A stretch of 64,000 nt of DNA, taken from NCBI RefSeq assembly GCF_006345805.1, contig NC_042997.1, positions 179,614,001 through 179,678,000 on the forward strand, in the 5' to 3' direction. The stretch is from Octopus sinensis (lineage: Eukaryota). This document shows positions 40,995 to 54,135 of this stretch, one piece after another (positions within the stretch are counted from its first letter, which is position 1; the number at the start of each line of letters is the position of its first letter). A program made the position numbers and the translations under genes. Below the pieces are notes generated by a model. The model had not been told where the DNA came from, searched no databases, and saw only the letters and a list, made by a program, of their open reading frames with translations.

Positions 40995-41030
40995 AGTAGC
41001 GAGCTGGCAGAATCGTTAGCACGCCGGACA
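40312..41030 (+). mobile_element. Head-to-tail array of four SINE-B units (B1, headless B2, B2, head only)
   Basis: Units at ~40312-40543, 40545-40712, 40721-40935 and 40993-41030; (ATT)n at 40936-40992. Confidence 0.88.
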
Positions 41031-44000
41031 TAGAAAGTAAGAGGTTTGCAAGAACGAAGATGAATAAAACGCATTATTTGATAATATTTATTATTAATAA
41101 TAACCTGCAGCATAATAAGAGTCTCAAGTGCCGAGCACAAAATACTCAGTTCCTAGTCTTGAGCTTGATATAGAGTTTCGTAAAAAAGTTGTTATAATAT
41201 AGCACGTTTGTCATGATATTAAATTGCAATGTCTTACATCCTACTCGTCGTTGCATATTGACAGATTGTATAAAAAATATTTACATTATTGTATAACAAG
41301 GAATTCACTAGAAAATAGATTTTCAAAAAACAAGAGAATGTGCTGGCAGCTTTCTCCGTTGCAGCAGACGACTTGTGATATTCTTGCATGTGCTGTTTTC
41401 TAGTCCTCCTGTTGAATCCTGTAACATTTGAATTTAACTCAAGCATAAATGATTCTCTTAAAGGGTAGCAATCACCAGTTGTTTAATAGGTGTTATAACG
41501 AAAATACATATCTGGTACATAACACTGAATGCTTAGAAATGTATTTGTTTTAAATTTGCGATAATGAAACAGGATCTTTAAAAACTGCTCAATGTACAGT
41601 CTTAGAGTAGTGTCTTGTACACCAAGGACACTCAGTCATACAATTTGTTATTTTCGATTAGACATTACTCGACTAGACCCAGAACACATGAAGATAGTAT
41701 TAAATTCCGGAGACTTTTTAAATTAATCGGTGCGTAAGTGGCACAGAAGTTCATATCCATGAACTTTACGAGAATTTACAAGGCAGACCCACTTTCAATG
41801 TCATTAGGATTCACATTTATTCGCTTCTTAGTAAATAATCCCAATTTACAATTGATAGGGTGTCGATAGACACAGCTGAATGCTTGCTCCAAATATTTAC
41901 TATATGAATAAGTTTCGGATGATTCATTCTATACCCAAAGCAATATGTTACATTTCCAGCCATTTCCTATATGATAAGAGCACTATGTTTTCACTATAAT
42001 AAGGCCACCCCCATCTCCCTGGAGGTTAAACATTTTTATTGCTGTAGGAAATGACACCGTTCGCTTGAGAGAAAAATACATGGAGATATACAAAGAAGTA
42101 AGACTATAGCGGCAAAATCCCGAGCTTTTAAAACACATTAGTAATCATATACCAAGTTGAGGCTATTTGATAAATGTATATTTGGTTTGATAAATACATA
42201 TAAGCAAGGAGACAGAGGAATTAGGAATATTCAAGTAGTGTGAAAACAAAATTAACAACTATTAAAGCGTATGATACTTATGTCCAATGTTAACGCTGAT
42301 GAAATAATAAATATATCATATATCAATGGATAAAAACCAATTAACACAATTCAAATACATAAAAATATTTATTGATATTATAAATATTTTATGCTTGGTA
42401 AATCACTTAAAATTTAGTAAATATATTTTCAGTAAATCGGAAGACACGTTCAGAAGTGTATCAAACTGAATTGACGTGGTGTCTAGTGAATATATTAGTA
42501 GTAAACAACATGAAACACCCGGGAGTCTAACAACTAATGGTTGATATACTTGTTGCGAATGTATGTTAGTAGCAAATAACTGTAAACAGCAACATTACTA
42601 ACAACAGCTACGATAGCAACAACAGTTTCAAGGGCAATAACTACTATAACAGAACTGATGCATTTTCCCGTAACAGCAGAAACCATTTCTATGGTAACGG
42701 TGTCAGGAAGCAACAAAAAGAGCGATAAAAGCCCCAACCTCGTCAACAAAAATCGCAAATGAAAGCAGTTTTTTTGTAGACAACAACATCAACACGAGTA
42801 TACAAAGACAGAAAGAAGAATAATGAACATGAATAGCATTCGTTGTTATGTAATGAAAGAAAGAAGATATAATTCAATTCCCACACCACCACCACCACCA
42901 CTGCTATCATCGCCACAAGCACCAGCACCAACACCAACAACAGCAACAACAACAGCAACAACAACAGCAAATACAAAAACAAAAAAATGCTTCTGAAATT
43001 GCAGGAACGAAGGACCGGGTACGTAGTGTCTCAACCTGTTAGCAATAGCAACTAAATTCCCCCTACATCAGACCTTTTAGTTTTAACGAAATAATAATAA
43101 TGCATAATAGAATGATGGGATGGCCATGGCTGGAATGCCTTTGGAATGCCTTTACGCATAGATTAGAGTATGGATGGAGAGGAGTAAACAACAAAACACC
43201 ATAAGCCGCAACACCAACAACATCCACATCATGTTTCACGAAAACAAAGACTTCACTTTTTACAAAATATGATTTGCAGCAGAGACTGCTGTAAAAGCAG
43301 CGTTTGCAGTAGATATAGCAGCAGAAGCGATATCAGCAGCAGCAGTAGCAGCACAAGTAGTTGCTATATCAGTCTATCAGATATGTATCAAAATGAAATT
43401 ATGATATATAACTATAGAAATTACCACCTTCCAATATAATGCTCTCTAATAGTGTTACCACCATTGCCATAGAGACATGTCTGTCTTCCACTTCAATTAG
43501 CGGAAAGGTAGTCGATCCAACAAAAGAATCTCTAAACACGGTCGTTCAGCTTACTCGATGTAGAAATTGACATTTCTTATAAAATATATTCAAACATTTT
43601 TAAACAAATAAACAAAGAAGAAAATGGAAGAAAATATACGAAATTCAGAATCTGGGGAATCGGATATAAGTAATCCAAGGAAACACACAATAAATGCAGA
43701 TGAAAGTGATATCAAAGGAAAGGATTTTCAGATTCTGGGTTTCACATTCAGAAAAAAAAAACAAGGATTAATGTGATAATATGGTTTTCAGTATGTAGTT
43801 GTAAGCATAACATAAAATAAGGGGTGGATCAACGCTTGATCTTATTACAAGCTGTTTTCTCAGAAAAAAATCCAAGATTAAACAACGACTTCTACTGCAT
43901 ATTACAGTAACAAATATTTACACAGTCTGACAATTGGCTAGAAAGAGCAGTTAATTTCTTCTCAGATTTAAATATTGTACTATCTTAAAAGTAATTATGT

Positions 44001-44322
44001 TGTTTTCTAAATGTGTAATATCTGAATATAACAATGGTTTGACCAATACTGTAACACCTTTCGTCACAAATCAATGGTCTTTTCGATCAGAGATGACCTA
44101 GAACGAAAAACAACAGCAGAATCAAAAAGTACAATAATGGAGGGAATCAATATGCTTAATGTGCTTAATACTTTGTGAAAACTCACGGAGTAATATGAAG
44201 AAAATTTGGCTGGTATTGCTCACAGGGTTAACGAAAGGAATGACTCTCTCTCATTGTATTAAATTTGTTCAAACACAGCTGATCGAGGTGACTAGCATAT
44301 GACAACAGCATGAACTACCATC

Positions 44323-44500
44323 TGTTTCTTTATTACCCACAAGGGGCTAAACATAGAGGAGACAAACCTTAATTTATCGACCCCGAAAGGATAAAAGGCA
44401 AAGTCGACCTCGGCGGAATTTGAACTCTGAACGCAGACGAAATACGGCTACGCATTTCGCCCGGCATGCTAACGGTTCTGCCAGCTCGCTGCCTTCCCCC
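44323..44500 (-). mobile_element. SINE-B1 with an internal deletion
   Basis: Reverse complement of the B head, core and B1 tail; TSD aactaccatc at 44313-44322 and 44505-44514. Confidence 0.85.
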
Positions 44501-45055
44501 CGTTAACTACCATCATCAACACTACAGTACTAACAAATTTTACTGGAAACAACTATATTTGATATTCACCTTCTGCTACTGATCATTCTTGTAGGAATTT
44601 CATTCAATAATAAAGTGACTTTCAAGCGTTAAGTAGAAATCAATACGTAAGAAGCAGATAAATATTTGGTGGAAAAATAATAATCAAGTTCCAATTATTT
44701 GTTTACGAGGACAGGTATTTAAGGAAACAGATAGAACAAATGAATGAGCAAAAGACGAAGTGCGAAAAGAAATAATGGATATAGGCTGCATTCCAAATCT
44801 TTTACAACTCAAGTAAATAAGAAGAAATATAATTAGTCAAGTGTGAAAAAGAGTATCGGGAATAATCAAGAAATAAACTAGCAGCTTGATCTATCAACGT
44901 ATAAAGCAGAAAATGTGTTTATATAAGTATTTATTGGCTTCGAACACGCTATATTCCTTTCTACAATATTCTATGACGAATCGACAGGACACAACCACCA
45001 TTATGTTCTTGAGGAGACTATTCAGAAAATTTGTGGCATTATTAAATTACCATTC

Positions 45056-45253
45056 AAGACGGCGATCTGGCAGAATTGTTAGCAAGTCGGGCGAAATGCT
45101 TGGTGGGATTTCGTCCGTTATTACGTTCAAGTTCAACTGTTGCGAGGTCGGCTTTGCCTTTCGACCTTTCGAGTTCCATGTCGAGTACTGGGGTCGATGT
45201 AGTCGACTATCCTCCTTCCCCAAATTTCGTGCCTTGTGTCTGTAGTAGAAAGG
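45056..45253 (+). mobile_element. SINE-B2 with an 18-bp TSD
   Basis: TSD attattaaattaccattc (45038-45055) and attattaaattaacattc (45254-45271). Confidence 0.9.
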
Positions 45254-47814
45254 ATTATTAAATTAACATTCTGAATGTGAGGACGTTTTAATAATGGTCT
45301 GAAAGTGTCTATCAATGTTTGTGGTGCAATTTATTTGCAGCGAACCGCCAACTATAAGTTCTTCCAATTGACGTAGTATACAAAAAGATTTAACAACGAC
45401 GGCATTTAATTGATTTATGTCTACTTCCTTCTTTACATTGTGTGTTTTTGTTTTACTTTATAATTTTGTCTGTGTCTTTATTATTTTTCTTACTCTGTCA
45501 TGGTTTACCAGCTTTATACGTAGGTTTGAACTGATTGAATACATGAATAAATTAGAATCGTTTGTTTTGAGTTTGATATGTCAGAGATAAATCTGCTCCT
45601 GGTAAGTTCATCGTCTTGAATAAGCCGTTTTCCTCGAAATTCCCTAAATTCAAATTTTTACTTCTGCCTCATGTTTAAAAGCTGCCATCATTATTAAATA
45701 TAAACACGTGTAGTTAATGAATACGTTTTCCTGAAATTCCGCTAACTGTTCTACATTTGAGTTCGTCGACCCATTTGAAATTACATGATACACTAAGAGA
45801 AAATTGTAAAGAAAAAAAAACACATTGTATTAGGCTTTATCTACATGTGCCATCTGGAGCTTCTACTTGGTTACTAGAATCTCTAGAAATAACGACCAAA
45901 TATTCTGAAATTACACTGAAAAGTTTTAGAGTTCATTAAGTCATGCAATACCCCTAAAAAGAGCAAATGTTAACACCTGAGAGATGTTAGTCATTGAAAA
46001 ATATCCAGATCCTTTAATATCTTTACTTTGGGCCGATGAAAATTATATTTGTTGAATAAACATTCAAATATACATAGAAAAAACCGCAAAAGTCGAGCTA
46101 GAAAATATAATTTGGAAAACAAACATTTATTTAATCTATAAAGCTCAAACAACCAAGCTTTCTAAACCGTTTCTCTTAAGTATGTTTCCTTCCTATTTGA
46201 CAATCGACTTTGGAATCTGAATGCACCACAAACCAAACTCCACCACATACCTTGTATATCAAAATCCTATTTTGACAACATTATAATCCCATTAAACACA
46301 ATAGAAACAGATGCGCATAAAAGCGGTACAATTTAACATCTGTACTAAACAAATCTCACACCTTTCAATGCACATTAAAAACAACGGCAATAAGAGCCAA
46401 CACGGCATTACAGTGTATATCACACTTAATAAAGTCACAATCAGCACAGATAAAAAGAAATAAACTCTAGTAAACATCTAGTAAAATGAGTAAATATCTT
46501 CTACAAATCACAGAGGACATAAAATCAAACTAAATCAAACCAAATCACCAAAACTAATAAATGAACTCCACAACAGAATAAAATATCAAGTAAAAATAAG
46601 GAAAGCGCTTTTCTAGTTGATAAGAATCCTTTTTAATATATTTTAATATATTCTTGACTATAAGATTTCTAATAGTCTAAGAATGCCACACTACAGCAAT
46701 TTACAAACTACATAATATAGTGCTAGCCGCATCATGACAGAAGGAAAACCAAAATATAGAGTTTAAGAGAGCATCTAATTATGTGATGCATAGAAAGACA
46801 TAGATACAATCGGTTCAAAAGTGCACCTAACCTGATATTATATGTGACGAGTGTCGAACACCTAGACGTATTGATTTCAAACACATATGAAAGAGAACAT
46901 GAAACACTTAGGTATATTAATAACATATCATGACATTAATACAGCTAATACTACTGGGCATCATTTGATATTGGATACATCTGATATATTAAATATATTT
47001 GATATGTTTCTGTGTATCGAACTTAAATCGTCTCATCAGTATTTAAGCTATAACCATCTCATCATATTTTGTGATATATTATATTCAGAATTACACCATC
47101 AAATATATTCATTGTTTTAACGACATAAGTGTAAGATGTGTATGTTAAATCTTGGCAGGTCGATCGACTGCGTAAAATCTGCGTCTAGTGTATTTAGAAC
47201 AAAGGACATGTGAGTTGCGCATCGTCGCTGAACCATCCACTTTCCTCGTTCGTTTCTGACCTGGATCAATACTGCAATAGCGCATTTAACATATATACAG
47301 TAAATTAAGCTACAAATTATATTTTCTTTCGTTGTTCTAAACGGATAAGAGCTCTTGCGTTGATAAATCACAGAGACCCACTTTTCCAAGCGCAAACCAG
47401 GTTTAACTTATTAATTTGAATTGCAGTAATGTATAAAATGTCAGAACAAAAGAAAATGAGATAAAGAAGTCAAAGATCTGGAACATCCTGCAACAGAAAC
47501 ACTGATGCAGCAACATGAAATACTGCAGGAATTTTCATAATAACTTCTATAAAAATAGGTTACGTCTTTTGGAGTAAAAGATACATGGAACTTTCTCTAA
47601 CTCACATTGAATTAATAAGGCGAGGCAGAATATGTTATTTAAAAATTGCCTTATCATATGAGTATTTATTATAATTACATCAATAACAACTGTTATATAT
47701 ATATTATAATACGTCAATAACAACTGTTTAAAATATTTATCAAACCTTTCGCCGTTGCAGAATCACTAGATTAAGGGTCAAAATAATGTACGCTACTTGT
47801 TGTAGCTCTTAGTG

Positions 47815-48125
47815 TTTAGAATTAAATCCAACCAAAGGCAACATCAGTTTTTGTCCTTCTGGCGCCGATAAAATAAAGTAACTGTCAATTACTGCAGTCG
47901 ATGTAATCGACTAAGCTTTCCCCCAAAAATTTGTTGACCTTGAACGTATTTTAAAAATAGTAAACTGTTAGGATCCTTAGAGCATTAATTCTTTAGATAC
48001 AATCTTTGCCATTCCGAGTTGAAATTTCATTGAGGAACACGGAGCACTTCGTATATCATTCTTCCGAGATCGATAAAATAAAGGGCCAGGCAAGTACAAG
48101 TGTCGTTGTAAGTGACTAACCCCAT
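47815..48125 (+). mobile_element. Two degenerate SINE-B remnants
   Basis: gccgataaaataaagtaact...gtcgatgtaatcgact (47860-47915) and gatcgataaaataaagggccag (48069-48090). Confidence 0.55.
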
Positions 48126-48891
48126 AGCTAACAATACTGGTACTGCGACTATTTGAAAACTTATCCTTGTTCCGTCTCAGAAGAAATAAAAATTGTGACG
48201 ATTTACAATGGAATACGGTGTAGCTGACAGAACAATATCAGTGGAAATACCTAAAACAAATATAGATGCTTGGAAATGAGGGCAATAAAGACTAAATTAC
48301 TGAATATTGCCGGAATATTAGATATGAGGTATTTGATTATTGGAACATGGAGTTGTAAGTTTCATGTACTAATCTACGAGGAATGATGCGCTGTATTAGC
48401 TGGAATATATTAACTGCGAAATCTACATTTCTTTCTTTCTTTCTTCTTTCCTTCCTTTCTCTCTCTCTCTATCATCCTTCTTTCTTTTATTCCTTCCTGC
48501 CTTTCTTCCTTCCTTTTTTCCTTCCTTTCTTCCTGCCTTCCTTCTTTCCTTCATTCATTCATCTCCCCTTCTCTCTCTCTCTTTCTTTCCCTCTCTATCT
48601 TTCCCCTGTATCTTTTCCCCTCTCTATCTTTCCCTCTCTCTCTTCCCTCTCTCTCTCTCCCATATTTGTCTATTAGTTTTTTTTATCGAATTGCTAGTTT
48701 TTTCACCGTTTCCTTGATTATTTTGTTTTCGTGTTCACTCTCTTCATCTCTCTCTTTCTGTGAATATACATATACAGAAAAAGAAAGAACATACACACGC
48801 ACGCACACACACACACACACACGCATTTACGCATACACACACGCGCACACACACACACACACATATAGACATATAGACATATAGACATGTA

Positions 48892-49047
48892 TAGGCGCAG
48901 GCGTTATTGTGTAGTAAGAAGCTTGTTTCTCAACCACATTGTTCCGGGTACAGTCACTGTGTGGTACTTTGAGCAAATGTCTTCTGCCATAGCTAACCAA
49001 AACCTTCTGAGCAAATTTGGTAGGCGGAAACTGAAAGAAGCCCGTCG

Positions 49048-49084
<37 letters not shown>

Positions 49085-49258
49085 ATGCATGTATGTATAT
49101 ATATATCACGTGACGTGATACACACACATATATATATGTATATGTATATGTATAAATCTATGTGCGTATGTCTTAGTGTCTGTGTTTTCCCCTACCACAG
49201 CTTGATAACCGTTGTTGGTGTATTTACATCCCATAACTTAGCGTGATGCGACCGATAA
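48892..49258 (+). mobile_element. SINE family A, 3'-truncated at its junction with the Penelope fragment
   Basis: Collinear with the other A copies up to accgata. Confidence 0.85.
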
Positions 49259-49702
49259 AAAAATTACTGTTTATTCAGGACACGCCTTACAAACCTATGC
49301 AGCTGTAGATGCCCAGCGTCCTGTCCTTTAGGTAATTACTGTCTCACTAAAAACATAGTTTTTAAGTACACAGTATCAACTAACGAATGCAATTACATTT
49401 ATATCGGTTTATGTAGCACCACCTTCAAAGCTAGTGCGAGCAATCACTATTCTAGCTTCAAATCCCAAACAAAATCTAATAGTACATCGTTATCTCAATT
49501 TATGAGTAAACTAACGCTTGATTCAACGCCTTACACTCTAAAATGGTCCATAGTCACACACACCAAACCTAACAACAAGTGTGACCTCTGCATAGACGAG
49601 GTCATATCTATTTTGCAATCCACGGACTGTCTCAATGAACGCAGCAGTATAATATTCACCTGCAAAAATCGGGCACTGAATCTGTTCTCAAAATACAATT
49701 AA
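49259..49702 (+). mobile_element. Penelope-like GIY-YIG endonuclease domain, stop-free frame of 147 codons
   Basis: CSCRCPASCPLGNYCLTKNIVFK...YIYIGLCSTTFK...NH...SNSTSLS...WSIV...CDLCIDE...LNERS...CKNR*; C/T-rich 3' region to ~50500. Confidence 0.88.
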
Positions 49703-50662
49703 TTACAACCCCATCCCGCTCTTGTCACCCTTAACTCTCATATATATATATATATATTTCCCCCTATTCCTCCGCCCTCACCACCAATATTTTTCTCTCC
49801 TTTTAATCCCTTGATCATCAATTACAATTATCTCTTCGTATTTTTAGTTACCACCTAAAATATTCTTCTCTCCTTATACTTCTTCTGCCTCCCCTTCCTA
49901 ACCCCTCCATCCATAAACTCACACATACATATGCCTACAAACACCACCACCATTTCACAATTTTTTTCTACGATTTTATACCTTTCGGCCATAGAAACCC
50001 ATTCGACTAGAAACACCCATCAGCCATGTTTAAATTCCCCACCCCACCTTGCTTTATTCATAGACACTTCCTTCTCCCTCACGTCCCAAAATATTTCACC
50101 ACCCTCTATCCTCCAATTTATCTTCTCTTCAAGTGCCAATCCTACTACTCAGTTCTGTGATTAAGCTAAACTATTATATTATCTTCTACTGACCTGCCCA
50201 ACTCCTCCTTCCACTTACTCGCCTATGGTGTATTTTGTTTTTCTCCAATGTTTATTATCATTTTCTTTCTACTTTTTCTTCCCTTCTTCTAATACTTATT
50301 TCCCCTACATTTATATTTACGTGCCTCCATACATTTAGATGGAATCCTCTTTGCATCAGCAAGAACCTCCTTGCAACAATGTAGCCTTTAATCTAAGCAA
50401 CATAACCTCCACCTAAATAATAGCTAGTGGTATACACCTGGCTTGAATTTTACCACGTCTAAGGATCCACTCGCTGTGAAACTTATACAGCCTGGATCTT
50501 TCCTACTCCATTCCGTGTATATATATAGGACGCCATGATAGATCGTTAGCTCCTACAGGCATTTTTTCTCTCCTTGTTTTTTTTTTGGGGGGGGGTATCT
50601 TTCTGTCGAAGAGCGTAGGCTCGCAACATAAAAGACTTTTTCTATTTCTATTCATGAGCGCT

Positions 50663-50888
50663 CGAGCTGGCAGAATCGTTAGCACGCCGGGCGAAATGCT
50701 CAGCAGTATTTCGTCTGTCGTTACGTTCTGGGTTCAAACACCGCCGAGGTCGACTTTGCCTTTCATCCTTTCGGGGTCGATAAATAAAGTACCAGTTGCG
50801 CACTGGGGTCGATGTAGTTGACTTAATCCCTTTGTCTGTCTTTGTTTGTCCCCTCTATGTTTAGCCCCTTGTGGGCAATAAAGAAATA
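50663..50888 (+). mobile_element. SINE-B1 with a perfect 14-bp TSD
   Basis: TSD tattcatgagcgct at 50649-50662 and 50889-50902. Confidence 0.93.
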
Positions 50889-50984
50889 TATTCATGAGCG
50901 CTATACTAATACATTTGTTTGTTTGTACTCCACCTGCTTTCGTATTTTGTTTATTTTCGTAAACCTTCCCGTTATATATACACC

Positions 50985-51200
50985 CTTTTACTCTTTTACT
51001 TGTTTCACTCATTTTACTGCAGGCATGCTGGAGCACTGACACTAGTTGAACAAATTGACTGCAGGACTTATTCTTTGTAAGCCTAGTACTTATTCTATCG
51101 GTGTCTTGTGCTGAACTGCTAGGGAGACGTAAACACACCAACATCGGTAGTCAAGCGATGGTGGAGGGCAAAGACACATGCACAAATACATGTATATATA
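50985..51200 (-). mobile_element. SINE family A, 3' half
   Basis: Reverse complement of the family A 3' half. Confidence 0.8.
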
Positions 51201-51410
51201 TTAGGTCGTCGAGTATGAAATTTGTAGTAAGTTATGTGATAAACTTTCACAGCTGCTCATTTTGCGCCATTATATTTTGACAAACTTTACTTTTGTTTTA
51301 GAAAGCTGACACATGTATTTCTTTATTCTAACTCATTTTTTGCTTTATAAAGTATTTATAAGTCGTTTTTTAATATTTTTGTTTAGAGATGGATAAGTCA
51401 CAACTCATCA

Positions 51411-51575
51411 ATGAACCAACCAGAAATATCCAAAGTTTCTTGTTCCTTGTGCAACCATGCTAACACTATTTATAACATGACAGTGGAAAGAACCCTCCTC
51501 TCCGATCATGACATAGTACTCTGTATCCTCAATCTTCAATATCCAAAAATTTGGCATAAGTCACTAAATGCAGTG
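51411..51575 (+). mobile_element. LINE APE-endonuclease C-terminal fragment (CR1/L2-like)
   Basis: IYNMTVERTLLSDHDIVLCILN carries the SDH motif. Confidence 0.5.
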
Positions 51576-51862
51576 CACCCACACAGCTTCAGACTCAACA
51601 AGGAGGCCTACATCAAGTAACTGAAGGAGGTAGTGCTGTCTGAGTCAAGGTGACGGATTGAAGACACTATGTCTGGCAACAGGACTCTGCACCATGCCAC
51701 ACAAGCAGGAGAACCCAGTCATGGCAGTCAGATAATTTCTGCAACCACAACACCCCTAACATCTGACCACCTAACTCTCCTGACTGCAACCCCCTTGACT
51801 ATAACGAGTGAGATGCAGTTGAGCGAGAGACCAACAAAACTCCTTGTACGACTAAAGATGAA
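51575..51862 (+). mobile_element. maT (DD37D) transposase fragment
   Basis: YVWQQD(51683)SAPCH...NSPDCNPLD(51797)Y, with exactly 37 residues between the two D. Confidence 0.9.
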
Positions 51863-52110
51863 CCGTCGTATATATGTATATACATATATGTGTGTGTGTG
51901 TTTGTGTGTCTGTGCTTGTCCCCCATCATCGCTTGACACATAATGCTGGTATGCCTACGTCCCCGTACTTAACGGTTCGGCAAAGAGACCGATAGAATAA
52001 GTACTAGGCTTCCAAAGAATAAGTCCTGGGGTCGATTTGCTCGACTAAAGGCGGTGCTCCATCATGGCCGCAGTCAAATGTCTGAAACAACTGAAATAGT
52101 AAAAGAGTAC
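51863..52110 (+). mobile_element. SINE family A, 3' half
   Basis: Starts at ccgtcg and is collinear to the gcagtcaaatgtctgaaacaa tail. Confidence 0.85.
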
Positions 52111-52125
52111 GAGTGTGTGTGTGTG

Positions 52126-52161
<36 letters not shown>

Positions 52162-52666
52162 GTGCGTGCGTTTGTGTGTTTGTGTGTCTGTGCGAAAGAG
52201 AAAGAAGGAAAGAATGGAAGAGAGTGAGAGACTGAGCGTGTGTGAGTGTATTTTTGTGCTTGTTTGTCTCGCATTACCGTTTTACAACCTGTGTTGTCCC
52301 GTTCCTTTTTTTCCTCCCAGAGCTGGCGTTTGACAAAAAACAACCGACAAAAAGTTTTTAAAAATCCGTTTTAAAAAATACGTACTCCGGTCGATTGGTC
52401 GACTATAATTCCTCTAATCGGTGTCCCACCATGGCCGCAGTGTTATGGCTGAAACGAATTAAAAGATAAAAGATAAATACATTTTATTTTCTCTTTTCGG
52501 AATTGTTTCTTCTTTGTCTCCTCTTCGGTCTGTTACCACGGGCTTAGCCTTCATTCGATTCACATCAACAAAAGTGGATGTGATGTCAATGCTCTCTGTG
52601 GAAACAGATTCGGCTTGGCTTTTTCGTTTGAAGAGAACGAGGGACAGAGAGAAGGAGAGAGAGAGA

Positions 52667-52729
<63 letters not shown>

Positions 52730-52769
52730 CATAATTTCCGGATCTTTGAGAAGTGAGGCTATCGGAAAA

Positions 52770-52960
52770 CCAGACTTATAGCAATTCCTGTTGCTTTCTG
52801 ATTTCGATACTGTCTATCGGTCTCAATATATGCAACGACATGACCGAGTTGGCAGCTGTATCCAACGGGCATTATGCCAGTACATCGACGTGAAAATAGA
52901 CAAAAAGTGATACAAACGTATACCAAACAGGTGCATGACAATGACCTGTCCACAATATCA
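52770..52960 (+). mobile_element. R4/Dong-like LINE fragment (post-CCHC region)
   Basis: QYMQRHDRVGSCIQRALCQY is homologous to EYLNRHDRAAQYIHW at ~60700. Confidence 0.6.
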
Positions 52961-53049
52961 AAGTAACAAAAGATGAAAGCAAACCTCCTAGACATAATAA
53001 CGAATGGCCAAGATTATATATACGTATAGATATCACAATATCTTTAAAA

Positions 53050-53114
53050 TTATCATCATCATCATCATCATTTTTATTATTATTATAATTATTATTATTA
53101 TAATATTATTATTA

Positions 53115-53173
<59 letters not shown>

Positions 53174-53219
53174 CATTATTATCATTATCATTATTATCAT
53201 TATCATTATTATTATTATA

Positions 53220-53255
<36 letters not shown>

Positions 53256-53869
53256 ATTATTATTATTATTATAATTATTATTATTATTATTATTAAGATG
53301 GCAAGCTGGCAGAAAAGTTAGAACGCCGGGAGAAATGTTTAGCGGTATTTCATCTGACTTTACGTTCTGAATTCAAAATTTATCGAGGTTAACATTGCCT
53401 TTCATTCTTTCGGGATCGATAAATTTGCGTACTAGCGTCGATCTAAACGACTGGCCCCTTCTCACAAATTTGAAGCCATGTATTTCCACTAGAAATGATT
53501 CTTCTTCTTCTTCTTCTTCTTCTTCTTCTTCTTCTTCTTCTTCTTCTTCTTCTTCTTCTTCTTCTTCTCTTCTTCTTCCTCTTCTTCTTCTTCTTCTCCT
53601 TTTTCTTCTTCTTTTGCTGTTGTTGTTGTTGTTGTTGTTGTTGTTATTATTATTATTAAAGCGAAGAGCTGGCAGAATCTTTAGCACGCTGGACGAATTG
53701 CTTATCGTTATTTCGCCCGTCGTTAGGTTCTGAGTTCAAATTCCGCCGAGGTCGACTTTGCCTTTCATCATATTGGGGTCGATAAATTTCAGAGCTAGTT
53801 GTGTACTGGGGTCGATGTGATCCACTGTCCCCTCTCAAAATTTCAGGCCTTTTGCCTTTATTAGAGAAG

Positions 53870-53920
<51 letters not shown>

Positions 53921-54086
53921 GTTGTTGTTGTTGTTGTTGTTATTATTATTATCATTATTATTATTATCATTATTATTATTATTACTGTTATTATTATTAT
54001 TATTATTATTAATATTATTATCATTAATATTATTATTATTATTATCATTATTATTATTATCATTATTATTATTATTATTGTTATCA

Positions 54087-54135
<49 letters not shown>

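Noticed and set aside
41600-42030. Minus-strand GDGGGL...VYRHP, resembling an APE endonuclease
   Set aside because: Only two short motifs with intervening stops; too weak to call.
47159-47209. 51-nt AG...GTGAGT micro-exon candidate (SIDCVKSASSVFRTKD)
   Set aside because: Weak pyrimidine tract; within chance expectation.
50455-50505. ctaagga...gaaac downstream of the Penelope GIY-YIG ORF as a hammerhead
   Set aside because: The core and helix II do not fit; a similar decayed motif near 32285 was also not supportable.
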